Shown piece by piece: positions 48,855 through 63,600 of a stretch of 64,000 bases of DNA; within the stretch, counting starts at the first letter, position 1; each line of letters starts with the position of its first letter. Location: contig NC_047077.1 of assembly GCF_902459465.1 (NCBI RefSeq), positions 3,286,001 through 3,350,000 on the forward strand, read 5' to 3'. Made by a program: the position numbers and the translations under genes. The notes under the pieces were generated by a model. The model did no database searches. It saw only the letters and a program-made list of their open reading frames with translations, and had not been told where the DNA came from. This stretch comes from Asterias rubens. Lineage: Eukaryota.

Positions 48855-49909
48855 TTAAAGGCGTATCGAGTTTTGCATTACTTAAATAATTCTTAACATG
48901 CTAATTTCCTGATCGGGCCAAGAAACACTACCTGAAATAGTAGGGGCCTAACCCCAAAACGCTTATAGCTGAAAACAATGGGCAAAAATGTTGTGCTTTC
49001 CAGCCCCCCCCCCCCCCCCACACCCGTCGCCTACTTAAAAGGATTCTGTATTTTCTGGTAAGACAGAAACACATCATGGTTTACTATTATAATGATCAGC
49101 AAGATTGCCCTAAAATATACATTACTGCTTCGCTATAGTTGTTGAGAAATTTATAAGTAAAACAATTCCACACAACAATCTGATATGCAAGAAAAAAGTT
49201 GAATGCTGCCCTCACACGTCCGATAATACTTTTATATTTTAAGCGGGAAAGGTTCGCAAAATAATCGTCCGTGCCATGTTTCCTCGTACTCAGAGCAACA
49301 GAAGAATTACTGTTGTTTTATATAATGAGCAAAGGTCCCGTGTGTGCGAGGTTGTGTCGAGTGTGACAAAAAGAGGACGACGAACGCCGATGTTTTTTTC
49401 TTCTGATGTTTTGTCTGAAATTTCAAATTTTACCAGTACTAAAGCTTATGAGGGAACCAGAAAAGAAAACAGAGATGCCACAGTAAACAGACAGCGCATA
49501 GAAACGTTCAAAGGATATGTGTAAACCGAAGTTGAAAGCCACAAAAGTGTTAACACTGGGCATGAAACTTCCAGTGTAACGTCGCGCTGGAGAAAAGCCG
49601 TGTGATAGAACTGGGTCTTTCTTTCACCATGTTCGCTGACCTAGCGAGCTGCTGAGTGATGGATATGCACAAAGTGAGTTTTCTTTACAATATAATGATG
49701 TAAATTTTAACCATGATTAGTTATTTTATAAATGATTACTTCAGGAGGCGGTTGGGTTGGTCAGAAAACTTGACTTGCGTTTGGCCTATTTGAACTGTGC
49801 ATGCCCACAATTCCTTTACTTTACAAAGCACCGTGGCGCATTATGCAGACAATCAAACCAGGAACACCACAGCCCAGTTACAAAAGCCTGAAACTTGAAA
49901 GCACAACAC

Positions 49910-50024
49910 TAGCCCACCTTGTTGAGCTGTTAATGGCTCCGCTTTAAACATCGGTCACATCACTGTCGCGTGACCGATGTTAAAACTAAAAGCGGAGCCA
50001 TTAATAGCTCAACAAGATGGGCTA
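49910..50024. mobile_element. Hairpin MITE with TAG...CTA ends and 9-bp TSD
   Basis: TSD gcacaacac (49901-49909, 50025-50033); arms tagcccaccttgttgagctgttaatggctccgcttt / aaagcggagccattaatagctcaacaagatgggcta. Confidence 0.85.
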
Positions 50025-51678
50025 GCACAACACCTGCTTAGCACAGGAAAATACTGCTAAGCTTAAACAGAGTACCATGCAGCAAACATTCCATAAATTT
50101 TACATTGTTGTGGCTGGTGCCCCAATCGTGTTTTGCTTAGAAATTTGTTAAGCATTAGGCCTATTTTCTGCTTTTAAAAAAATTAACAGCTTTATGAAAT
50201 TGGGCCCAGGGCAAACCCCTTCTCTTTACGATAAGTAAACAGGTTCTTTACACAACACTTGTGATTGCGTTTTCAAGCTGGGGTGTGGCAGGGTTGTGTG
50301 ATGAACCGGGTGTTTACATGCAGCAACAAACAAAACACTTGTCAAACTTCGTTATCAAATAATTTATTTGTAACCTAAACTGATCAACACAGTAATCTTG
50401 CAGTAAATTAAATAAACTATTGTCAAAATGAAACATAATGCAAATACTTGTTCTAATATATATACATATGTTAATAATAATTTTCTATACGCATAATATA
50501 CATGTATTAAAAATTTCAAGATTGAACAAATCGGAAAGTGCACAAAAAGGAGGAGGGGAGATAACGAAAGATATGTATTTGCCCTCCCCAAAAAAATAAT
50601 TGTTACGATTGCACTTATCCTAAAATCTAACATGGCTTTGTGATATGAATAACATGTTCAATTATGAGAAAACCTTGTTTTTTTTTAGGTTTGTGGTTTT
50701 GTTTTTTTGTAGACTTTGTTTCAAAAATCATTGTCAAAACTAACTATCTATAACAAACCAATTAAATGGAACAATTGCCACCAAGTCCTGAACAATCTCA
50801 CTCTTCAATTCCATGATTTTCATTTACCCTATATCACTAAGCAATTTTCATTACACAGTTCAAATGATTAGTCAAATAATTCACTTACTCTTGAACACAA
50901 TTACAAAAGTTCTTATTCCACTTAAAGCCAAGGAAGATTGTAAGGAAGATTGTGTACATATAATTGGCACAAAGTTTCCATATTCAGGGAGAATTTAAAT
51001 GTGTTCATCAGAACATGGATTGGTTCATTTTCAGGGAACCTTCTGTTGTATTAGGGAGAGTTGGAAGCTCTGTATATAAGATGGAGCATTTCACAAAGAG
51101 CTAAGTTTCAAGCTCTAGCAATCACCGACACACCATGGCCAAAAATCTCGACGCTTCTCACTGTGCTCTCATACATTATTGCCTTGGTGTGGACTTTCCA
51201 GCACAGACTTGTTACGTGCGTAGCATTTGCCACAACAACGTCATCTTCGTTTAGTTAGCCACACTCTGCAAAGACCTGAAGTTCCCCTGGCTGCCTTCCC
51301 AAATCCACAAAACCAACCATCTGAACCCTTTGACAGGGTGGAAGCCTGCGCTACACCTACATATCACTTGTTATCGATGACCTCAACGTCATCAGATTAG
51401 AACATGATCTGGCTGTTTGTGCGGCCCAGGATCAGCCTGGATGGCACAAACCAATTTCTAGCATTGCAAAACCCTGGTGGTCACAATGTTTTGAGCCGAG
51501 GTCAGCCCAAATAGTATCAACTACATATTGCTCTGCAAACTGTGGTGTCAAAATACATGTAAAAATCACCGTGGCGTTACTGACATCTTAAGATGAGTCT
51601 TGGTACTTTGTGAAATACAGCCTAGGTATTGGAGCCATTTCTTTAATACTTCTTCTTATTAGTCAAGTAATTTGGGTG

Positions 51679-54600
51679 TCACCTTTCTCGAGATAAACTA
51701 AGTGGGTCTGATATAATATTCTCATGGATGTCGATGAATAGTGGGGTGTAAGTAAGAAAATCCAGGAAGTCCACAGTCCCTTTGCCTTCTCGGTTGAATT
51801 TCTCAGCAACCTACGGGATAGAACAAATTAATACTTGTAACCTGTAACATCTGATGTTTTGACCCTAGCAGAGTCTTTCTCAAAGGCGTTATAGTAACTT
51901 GTGCTGAATAATTTGAAACAAAGAAAGTGCTCAGAGTTTTATGGAACATCATGATTAACAGCAAAGATTGTAGTTATAGCGTGATTTGTGACTTTACTGG
52001 ACACTTTTCTTTCTTGCCAACAACCATTCTGAGACAAACCTTTAAATGAGCGGACTTCAGAGTCCAGAACAAAATAATTCCTCATGACTTAAATTATAGG
52101 GTTTTCTGAAGATTATGAGCACACTTTGACTCAAACTTTCTCCATGATCATGAGTCTAAACTTCAGTCTTACTTAAGAAAACTTCAGACTTAACCAAAGA
52201 ACTTTTAACAGTTTCACCCAAGGAATTACGACTTCATCGAATGACTTAAGACTTCACCAAAGAGCTTCAGACCTCATCCAAGAACTTAATACTTCAACCA
52301 TGAACTTAAGACTTTCATCCAATGACTTAATACTTAACCCAAGTACTTAAGACTTCACCTAATGACCTAAGACCTCACCTAAGAATTAAAAAACTTCACA
52401 AACTTCATACCCAAGTAATAGCACCTAAGGACTGATGGATAATCCATTTACATGTGAGTATTACAGGAACAAGCATGTAAAAGATTTTGCACCATCCTTT
52501 TGAAGCATATTTTGGTAATGAGCTGCAACATTATCTTACCAGATTAACATGTTCCGGTTTGAGTCCTCCTGCTTCCAGATCTACAATAAGGTTACTAATT
52601 GGTACTTCACCACCATTGTAATCTGCATCATCATCATCAGCAAGCAGGAAAAACAGCTCCTATATGGATTTAAAAAAGTTATTCTATAAGGGATACTGCT
52701 GCAGGCCTCTACTATAAGGAAAACATAACATTGCACAAGAACCTTGATCATGCACCACAGCAGTAATTCTCGTTTTCGAGAAATGATGATTGTTTTAATG
52801 TTTTCTCGAAAAGTAAAGCATTTCATGGAATAATATTTCAAGAGAAGTCTTTTACCAATAACTTCTGTAAACCCTGTAAGTTATTTGTAAATCTGTGAAC
52901 TTTTATTTTTTTTCTGTTCCGAAAGTGTATAATGGCTTTAAATAAAAAAATACTTGTTATCGATAAATGGAGAGCTGTTGATTGTATAAAACATTGTGAG
53001 AAACGGCTCCCTCTGAAGTAACGTAGTATTCGAGAAAGACATAATTTTCAACTAAAATATTTGATTTTGATTTTGAGACCTCAGAATTTGAGACCTCATA
53101 ATTTCCTTTATTATCTCACAATTTCGACGACCAATTGGTTATTTTGTGCATATGGTGAGATACACCAAGTGAGAAGACTGGTCTTTGACAATTATCAAAG
53201 GTCAGGCCCGCGAGAGCGGGGGGTGCTGTGGGTGCTGCAGCACCCCTAGCAAAAATGAGGGGGGGTGCTGGAATATGCTATAGCACCCCTAGTTTTCGAA
53301 CGTTAACAAAACAAGTATTTCACCCCTAAAATCCCCGAGTGAAAAACTGCTGAACGATTTGTGAGTATTACCCGTGTGTTTTTTAAGGTCTTTATGAAAG
53401 CAAGGTGAAAGAAATTAATGAATCTACTAATGTTTGTCGGAACATAGCTGTCAATGCTGTTTTAACAAAAGAACAACTTTTGTAGAATATAGTGCTGTAT
53501 TTCCTTTGTGTTTGTGTTAAATAAAATGCATTGTGGGGTTATTATTTTTTTTAATTGCCTATAATATCCCACCTCCATAAGGTACATTTAAGTGCCAAAT
53601 AATGGCTCAGAATGCACCACGGAACATCTAGGATCCCAAAAATTCCGGGGCCCTTAAGCGGGCCCGGACCCCAGGCCGTAATTTCTATGATTCTCTAGAA
53701 AATGTCAGCACCCCTTGGAAAAAATGTGCACTCGCAGGCCTGTCAAAGGTGTTTTAACACTTAAAAGTGTCTTTAACAGTTTACATGGTTGGCCAAGTTC
53801 TCGAGTTGTACATGCTACTGCCCAATTAACACTATTTTTGCATTACTTACCTTTGCTCTTTGCATCTTGACCTCCAATGCCTCAAAGTTCATCTTATTGA
53901 TCATCTTCCTGATGAACGGCCTTTAAAAACAGAGAAAATAGAATTAGTTCTTGCAAACTGCCTTCCAACCAAAATGACCTATGTATATAAATGCAAAAGG
54001 TACTCACTACTGTGGTCGCCCACAGGCGAGCTAAAAGTAGTTTAATACTGGTCTGACATTTCGACCCTAGCAAAGTCTTTCTCTGCGGCTAAATTACACT
54101 CACACTTCTCAGTAAAGTACTCACAACAGACCAATTAAAGAAAATTTCTGTCATAAAAGTAATTGGTACAAAGTTGGAAGGGATGTAAAATACCAATCAG
54201 AAATTTGTGTAAATCAGTATAAAAAAGTTTACCCAATAAATAATGTTAAGTGATGTAAAACTACAACAAAAATGTTGTTCAAATGTTGTAGTAATTTCTC
54301 AACAATAAACAATGTAAAATTTGACAGCCAAGACAAAGACCATGATGATTTGAATGGATGTGCATTTAAAAAGATGGGAGTTATCATATTATTAAGATAA
54401 TAATATTGTTTCGTTGTGTTATTAATTTTGTCTAGAAATGAGTTAAACTTACTCCAATCTGGAGACCTTCTCTGATAGTGCAGCTACCACAGTGAAGAGC
54501 TTGAAGTCTATCCTATGTCTCTGGGGTAAGTCCAGCACCTATTCACGAAAAATAATAATGTGACAGGTGAAAAATTTATGGTTTTGTTGTCTCTGCTTAA

Positions 54601-57600
54601 GTTGTTTATTTCCCCTTTGAGTTTAACAAAGAGGTAGACTTCCATCGCTTTACTCTATTATTAATTACTTTGCTTTATCTTTTCGTTCGAATCATTAGCT
54701 TTCCAAGTTACAGTTTATCGGATCTGTGGGGAAATTCCTTTGTATTTATAGTTGTTTCATGTTTATTCATTAGCTTAGGAATGCAGTAAATGGTTCCTGT
54801 GGGTCTTTTTCTTAATCTTAATTCAGTTGTTCTCAATACACCATCCTGCAAGGAGTAAGGTTTTTAAAGAACATTTTATACAGTGCTTGCTGCACGCAGT
54901 TTCCAATGTGGAAAAAATGAATACAACACGCTACATCTACAGCCTGTTGCATTATCTTTAAGCTCGTAACATGGGGGAGTAGCAGAAAAATGAAAGAGAG
55001 CAAAATTATAAATGCAAAAACAAGGACTCTGTAATTATTTTTCTATTACCAAGTCACATGAATGCCCATTTGGGTATTAGGATATCGTTGGAGATCAAAA
55101 TGTTTAATCAACCGACTTACATGGTAAATATATTGGCATTCCTTCTCCGTTATGAGGTAGCTGTTTACTTGTCTCAGAGACGGCTCTAAGTCTGTCACAT
55201 CCACTTCATGCTCCTGCAAGGGTAAAATCACACAGAGGAAAAAGATTCTTTAGAAAATATGTTCTCTGGCAGTGTGTTGAATCATGGAGACGGTTGAATG
55301 TTGAATACAACAGTGATTCATTTCAAATTTAGAGTGCAACAAAATACATGACATTCATTTCAGTGCATGGCTGAAATCAGCAAAAGATTGATATGTTAAT
55401 ATTTTGTGATTTTTTGACATGACATAATATAAGTGGTCGCCCATGTCTTACAAACTAGCCTGAAATAACATATTTACAAGTAAAAATGATGACTGGACCA
55501 AACTTGATCAAGCAAATAATGAAAAATGGTATGGTAACTTGGATACATTGAGTATAAAGAAAAACCTTACCCAATATGAACACTTTACCTCTTAGTTTAT
55601 TGGCATGATTTGTGGTCAAGCTTTAATATTGTCAAAAAAGTAAGGCTGCCTTTAGAAGAATTGAGAAGGGGCTCAATTTTTGAATGTGCAGGGAAATGGT
55701 GAAAATCTAAGTATGATTTCCTGTAAAAATGAATACATATTGTTGTTTATTTATTTTTTATAGATGCATTGAAGCATAATGCTGCTTGCGACATAATTTA
55801 AAATTATTAAAAAACAAACAAATCAAATTCACAATACCTGTACTGGGTTCATCTTCTGATACATAATACTCTGTTTACGTCTGAAGTCATCGTTTGAAGC
55901 TGCACGACTGATAAGTTCCTGTCCCCTTAAGGAGCTTTCTTTCCAAGCTACTCTTGCTTTTTCATCTAGATGGGGTGAGATTTATAAGGTAGTCTTGAAA
56001 TCTGATAATTTGCTGAATTGCATTTGAGTTGTGAAAACAAGTTCGTTAACATCGCAACATTCATTCACATTGGGAAGTCAATTAATAATGCCTTGGCCCT
56101 GCTTCAGGTATGCAACTCTTCCGCGTTGCCTGGCAACAACAATGTACAACTACAATAATGTAAAATGAGCCAAGTACATGCTAACAATGCATCTCATAGC
56201 ATAATAAACCTCAACATTTTCTAGGGTACCATTGTGGTCTCATGTCCCGTGGCGTTTGTGCCTTTGAAAATTTTCCTCTTTTTTTGTCAACGGGCAGTTG
56301 CATGCCTGTGCAGCTTGGAGATAAGACTTTGGCACCCTGGGTCTTATTACATTGAACTGAATTCTTTCACCATCTTTGGTGTACTTGTTCATTTATGGGT
56401 CAGCTACTCTGATGGAATTTGAGGCATTGTATGCTGAGGTATCAATATATATTTGGTTTGTGGTAACACCATGTGTGTATCTACCTGCCAGGTAGAGTTT
56501 GTTCTCAGAGAACCGTCTTGCTTTATTCTACTACCGCGGAAGATGTTCGGGGGTTCGGGAGACTTCTTGTCGGTTAGATTATGTTCTTTACAGAACTGTC
56601 TTGCTTTATATTCTACTACCACTGAGTAGATTTGTCGGTATTCAGGAGACTGAAAAGAACTGTCCTGCTTTTTAACTACTACCTGGGGTTGTTATTAACT
56701 TCATTACCGTGGAGTGAGTTCTTAATTGGTCTCAACGTTTCGACTAGCTCTTAAGACGTCATGCCATCTAAAAACTTCCCAGAGATATAGATAGTATATT
56801 TATCTAGTTGAGAAAACATCAAGCCTGGTGGTTTGTATCAACACAATTGCTTGTTAAGTTGTAAAGTATTACCCAGTAGTCCAGCTATTCTATCTTGAAC
56901 AACTTCATATTTTTCTTGGGCTCGTTCATGTTCCAAGTCCAGTCTTCTCACAGCTGGGTCGGATTCCAACTAAAATAAAGAAGACAAATTCAATCAATCA
57001 AAGTCCTGAATGTGGTCAAACAATGTAAAACAATTCAGAACCAAGAAAAGTGCCTTCTTTATACCAAGGTGTAATGGCTAGAGATAAAACAAAAATAATC
57101 CAGGGTCTTGGGTTCGAATCCCACCCGAGTAATATGCCTGTGATATTTTTTCACAGAACTCGAGGAAGTGCTGAGTATACAGTGGTAACACACATCTGTG
57201 TATGGGTAAAAACCAAAATTAACATTCTTTATCCCCGATGCAAATTTACCATCTATTATATCGTTGCGGTACCCACTGCCAAAACATACGATTTGAACTG
57301 CTACCGGGCAATCTCGGTAGTCTAGTTGGTAAGACACTGCTCTAGAGTTGCAAGGGTCGTCGGTTCGAATCCCACCCTAGTAGTATGCCTGTGATATTTT
57401 TTCACAGGACTCTGGGAAGTACTGAGTATTGCTAACACACATCGGTGTGTGGGTAAAAACCAAAATTAATATAAAAATAATCCATTCAAAGGATATTCCT
57501 TCTGGAATTTGAATGGCTTGTGCAGCATAGAGATACACACTATAGCAGGAATGTGTTAGGTTTCATCAAATTAAAGATAAACTCCCACAACAGGAATGTG

Positions 57601-60600
57601 AGCCCTCTTTCAACTAATGATGACAACAAGGATAATCCATCCATTAAACTGGAAATAAAAACTAAAATTTTCTTGATATGAGCTTTACTCCCTTGTCAGC
57701 CTCCGACATAAATTTTTTAATTCTTTTAATTTAGTGAACAACCTAAATGAGATATGCGCTGTTTATTGTATTTAGTAAGCTTATGAACGGACCAAATCGC
57801 AATTGTTTAAAAAAAAAATAAAACCTGTGCCAAAGTATGTAAACTAGTTAATGTTTATCATGAATGACACAAGTTAACTTTTTGCAAGTCTTTATTTCTT
57901 TAGTTTGTTCAAGTTTTCAGTTAGATATATTCACCAGCAAACATTTAAAAACAAATCACACAATCAAAGTATCTACAAAAGCAAACAATACAATATAATA
58001 GTTTTAAGAACTTTAACACAAAAATGTAAGAACACCTAGCAAAATACTGAGCAACCTGGGGTGGATTTCACAAAGAGTTAGGACTAGTCTTATCTCGAGT
58101 TAGGACGAACTACTCGTCCTAACTTAGGACTACCCATGCGTTTTTTATATCTCCCTACTCTTGTGGAATCGACCCCTGGTTTGGCACAACATGGTACACA
58201 ACATTACAACATTTCTTACCATTTGAAGATGTGATGTAGTCAAACGCTCCAGCACCCAGTCGTCATTCTCAGGGTAAACCTCCTCAAGGTTTGAAGCATC
58301 ATCTTGGTTGCCATAGCCAAGCTCTTCAACCACAGAGATGAACTTTACCTCACCTAGATAGAATACAATATCAAGACCTTAAGATATTTCCTCAATTTCA
58401 TAGTTTGGGTTACGACAATCACGCATCTTAAAATCCCAACAGAAAGTCATGCATCGAACATGTGTTCATTGATTACCCACACAGACTCAAAAGCTGGCAT
58501 ACATTTGTATCTTTTCATAAAAGTTTTTAATTAAAAATTAAAAAATACAAAACAACATAGGCTTACTTCTCCCCTCAGCCTTGTCAGTCTCGATAACTAA
58601 TTCTTGCTAAAATCAAATCCTTAACATATTATCTCCCAATGCATATTTGTTATTGGTAGAGCTCAGCTCGTTAAACTCAGTCATTGGTTCAAATCCCTAT
58701 CTCCAGTAAATTTTTCTTTGTTCAACCCCAAATCATTTAAAATTTACCCAGTCAATTTCCCATGTGGTTTATAAGTTGATAATATTTGGAGTCAGAATTT
58801 ATAATGAGTTCAGCAGGATTCAATTAGGATGTTTTTAAGGATTATTTTACTAAGGAGAAACTATAAATAAATAGTAAACTTGCGGGTACAACCATGTAAT
58901 AATTAATCTCTTTTAAAGCCATTGGACCCTTTCGGTAAACAGTATTGTCCAAGGCCCACACTTCGTGTATCACAACTTCTATATCAAATAACAAACCTGT
59001 GAGAATTTAGGCTCAATCGGTCATCGGAGTCGGGAGAAAATAACGGGACAACCCACCCTTGTATCCGTGCGTTTCGTCGTGTCATGACATGTGTTTAAAA
59101 TATATCCATAATTCTCACTATCGAGAATTGATATTGTTTTACTGTTTTCTCAAAAAGTAAAGCATTTCATGGAATACTATATCAAGAGAAGTCTTTTACC
59201 ATTACCTTCTGTAAACCCTGTAAGTTATTTGTAAATCTGTGAACTTCTATTTTTTTTCTGTAGCGAAAGGGTCCAATGGCTTTAAAAGTGAGTGTTGACT
59301 CTGAAAAGAGCCGGTTTGGTCTTGACGTTTCGAACAGTTATTTGCTTGTCTTCAGCAGATTATTTTACTGTCAATAACCTCAACCAAAGTGGACAGCCTC
59401 ATCTGGGCAACAATTTATCCAAACTGGGAGGAATTCAAGCGTCGCTTACCTTTCTTTTTCTTGCCTTTTGGATTTGCTTTCATGGCAGCATTTGGGTCAT
59501 ATCCAGGCCTTAGTATCTCTGGAAACTCCTGCCTTGTAAATCCTGCGAGGGTCCTTCGTCTAGCATCGGCTGATTCAACGATGCTCAACTGAAGAGCGTT
59601 TGATTTCTTGTAGAGGTTGTCCAGTTGGAAAGCAAGTTTATCTAAATACTCATCAGCTGCAAACTGTTCTCAAAACAAAGTATATATAGGATTTGAGGCA
59701 TTGCATGGTGAGGTATCAATATATATTTGGTTTACGGTAACACCATGTGTGTATCTACTTGCCAGGTAGAGTTTGTTCTTTGATAACTGTCTTGCTTAAT
59801 TCTACTACCGCGGAGTAGATTAATCGGGTGTTCAAGAGACTTCTCAGTTCTGAAAAGAACTGTCCTGCTTATTAACTATTACTTGGGCGGATGGTAAAGA
59901 AATAGGCTGGGATTACTACTTTAACTCTACTACCACGGAGTCAGTTCTTGGGTGGGCTCAACGTTTTGACTAGCTTGCTCTAGTCATCGTCAGGAGACTG
60001 AGACATAAAATGTAGATATTAATAATGTATATGATCATAAGCAGTTGTAGGTAGACCAATTCTAGTGAGCGGATCAACAACTTTTTTTAATGGGGCCATT
60101 ATTGCTCAAGTGCAAGCTTGAGGAGTGATGGCAGGTTTTTAAACTGTTCATCTTCTGGGACCATGCAATAAATTGAATTTCGTTTTGACTGTGTTCTTTC
60201 TCTGTGACATTTGAAACTCCATCATTAGCTGTGTCTCAGATGCACATTGTGCATTAATGCTGAATTTGTTTAAATCTCTGCTGGGCGGCACAATATAAAG
60301 TTTTGAGTTTTGGGTGGGCCCGCCCAGCACTGCCCATCACATGTGGCTATAACACTGAATTCATGGGACAGAAAACCTCATAATTATTCGATCTGCACTG
60401 TGTCTAAGTCAACTTTTTTTAGTCAAAATAATACATGTAAAGAGGTTGATCTGGCTGGCTCAGTGCTTTCCATCCCTGCCTTTCACCTCTATGGACCCTT
60501 GTTCGAATCATACATCGGACTCAGAGCCTTGCATGTGGATTGGGTTTCACCCCTACTTGAATGCAGGGGTTTTCCTCCCACATCCAAAACGGAACATTTC

Positions 60601-63600
60601 TTCTTGTTTTCTACTTTCCTGTTATTTGTGTTAATTGTGCCATTGGCTGTGTCATGACTAAATATACTTACTGCATCAGAACCAAAAAAGTGTGTAGCCC
60701 CTCCCTGGTCAACCTCCTTCCCAGTGCCACTCTCTTTCCCAGAGCCAGTAAGAGCCATAGGGCTGATGTAATCTTCTTCATTTATAGTCTTGGCAACTGT
60801 AAAAGCATTCTTAAAATCCTCCCCACTGGACGATGGGTCATCATTTGCAGCACTACCATACCCTGAGGTCTCCGTGGTAACTGATGCATTGTCATGATCA
60901 GATTTTAAACTATCTCGAACGTTTGAAGACTGTGTGCTGTTGTGGACTTGAAGCGTTGCCATGGTTGGGACACTAGGCACTGTTTCTTCAATCTTGATAC
61001 CTTTCTTGCGGAGTACACCATTGAAAACATGCTGGTAATGAGGTATTCGCTGTTTACTGTGTAAAAGAAAGATAAATGAATAAATCAATTAGTAATCACA
61101 ATTGTTTGAAAATTGAAACTTGTGCCAAAGTATATAACTTAATGAATATTGATCATAAATGACACCAGTTTAGTATTTGCATATATTTGTTTCTCTAGGC
61201 TGTTCAGTGTAAAAAAAAAATAGGTTGGTGAGTGCAGGTTTTTTTTTATGGCTTGTACCAATAGAATTGTGGTGACTGCTCTATAGCCCCCCCCCCCTCA
61301 CCCCTCCATCTTCAACCTTATGTTCTGAAGAAGAAAAAAAACACCATGATTTACATACACAGTAGAGCTAGGGTTACGGTTATGAACATTCACTAGGGGT
61401 TTCAGTACATAGGGATGTCCGAACATAGTGGTGTCTGAACTTAGGGGTGTAACAATAATTGTGACATGATGATGTTGAGCTGATAATTATGTTTATCTTT
61501 CCAAGGACATAACTAATCACAAACATAATATCTGATGAGACCATAGAGCTGTGGTAGAGTGACTTACTGAACAATGCAGTACTTGGCTAGGTAGTCCAAC
61601 GCATCAATCATGATAGGCTCAGGACTCTCATGGCCATCAGGTGTGGCCTCGGTCTTGCGCCATTTCCGCTTCTTCGGTCTATCAAGAATGAAATCAAAAT
61701 GATCATTAACAATTAAGTTGTTGTACTACTCTGTTTATAAAAAAACCCAAAACATTTGGTGTGGGATACAATCAACTATGATTCCAAGGGCTGTTGCCAC
61801 CTACTCCTGGGGCTGAAACAGGGTTACCCCTCTACAGTCCATACAGATGTAGGCTTGGGTATCATCCATCAGAAGCCGGGCTGGTCGAGAGCAGAAAGCA
61901 CTACCTCCCCAACTTTACGAAGCAATCACGATACAGGGTCTTGCTTAAGGACACAAGTGTCACTGACTGATTAAGGATATTCTATGTGCTTTCTGAGGCC
62001 AGAGGCACCTTAGGTATTCTCTTAATGTAAAAGAGCGAAAAGTTCACTCTCTTGTCCGAGTGGAGTCAGTTTCTCTCTTTGAGAGTGAAAGTCAATCTGT
62101 GTCACTCTTTTTGAGGAAAAGTGGAATGAACTTCACTCTAAATCGAGTTGTGAGTACCCGTGTTTCACTCTTAAAAGAGTTGTCCGCCATATGGCTCTTT
62201 GCAAGAGTGGTATGGCGGACAAAACGAGTGGTTTTTCACTCTTTTACATTAAGAGAGTATGAATGGAAGCCATATCCTTCAACACTGAGTTTACAAAGAA
62301 TGTGAGGCCGACTTTTATAACAGTAGGTGAAATCACTGTTGTAACATTTGGTCCGGAGCTCTCCCTGTCAGTTTGATTACTAGATTTGACATCCTATAAA
62401 CCAATTTTTATTCGATATGGAAAAAAAAGTTTGTGGTAACACCATGTAATGAATAGCTCTCAATGAGTTGGGTGGTTCTGAAAAGGACCGTTGGTTACAT
62501 TTCAATGTTTCCATCAGTATGCTCTGATCGTCTTCTGGAGAAACGTCGAGTTGGAACCAACAGGTTTTTTCAGAACCACCCCACCTCATTGAGAGATATT
62601 CATTACATGGTGTTACTGCAAACTTTTTCCATACCATATTCCCACCATGCAAAGTTTCGAATCTACCAAGTTTTGTTCACCAAAATGAAACACATTTACC
62701 AACAAACAAACTGAGAAAAGACGTATTACTTCATTCCTATCGACAATTCAAGGCCTCATGGGAGACCGACATGAGTATGCCCTGAAATCATTTGTATATC
62801 GTGAGTAAAAAAGTGTCTAAACTCATTGAAATGATTGGACTGCTTGTCTCATTTTATAAGATTTAGAAAATAACTCCCCTGAAGGAAAATACAGATTATT
62901 ATTTTTTGTAAGGAAGTCGCCAGACACACAAGGCCTGAAGGCCACTTCAAGGTGTGGGCTACAATCAACTGATCAGAGTGACACTTACTTGTATTCCCGT
63001 CTCCTGCGCATAACAATTGGTTCTTGAGTCAAAGGTGGGGTGAGAGGTGGCAGCTCCACTTCTGGCTCTGGGGTAGGCGCCTTGGGCTCCTCAGGGATGG
63101 GTATAGCGGGTAAAGGTGGTACCTCTATATTGGGCGTGGGCTCAGGGGAAGGTGAAAATCGTGGGGGTGCCACTGGCTCGGGTAATTTCTTGATGACTGG
63201 CATGACAAAGGGTTTGGATTTCTGTAGAGAGAAAGCAACAAGATTGAATTAGACATGACAGTTGCATTTGAGCAAATTATTGCTATCTCTGCCTGGGCCC
63301 TGAGCCCGATTTCATAGAGCTGCTTAAGCAAAAAAATCCTTGCTTAGTAAAATCAGGTTGCAGGAATTTTTTAGGCTAATTTTGCGGGAGTAAATTTCTA
63401 GGGGTGTCAGTATCCATCTGAGTTTTCCCGAGAAGAGGAACGTCTGTCAGATTTTTGAGAGAGCTATTGAGAAGCCTAGCCTGAGCTAGCCTTTTCTCAA
63501 GGCCTTCGTGCACATGGTCTCCCGTTTCCAGTCGCTTCACTGTTTCCGTCACGAAGGCCTTGACAAAAGGCTAAGCTTGAGCTTGTATCGATATGCAAGC

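Noticed and set aside
55214-55837. Possible micro-exon completing an EF-hand between exons 55838-55965 and 55121-55213
   Set aside because: The candidates seen (8 nt and 20 nt) break the frame or contain a stop; the flanking exons already join in frame.
57306-57380. Possible tRNA gene (also 8875-8945, 10200-10267, 39575-39660)
   Set aside because: A/B boxes are present but there is no convincing cloverleaf or acceptor stem, and each continues into a shared SINE body.
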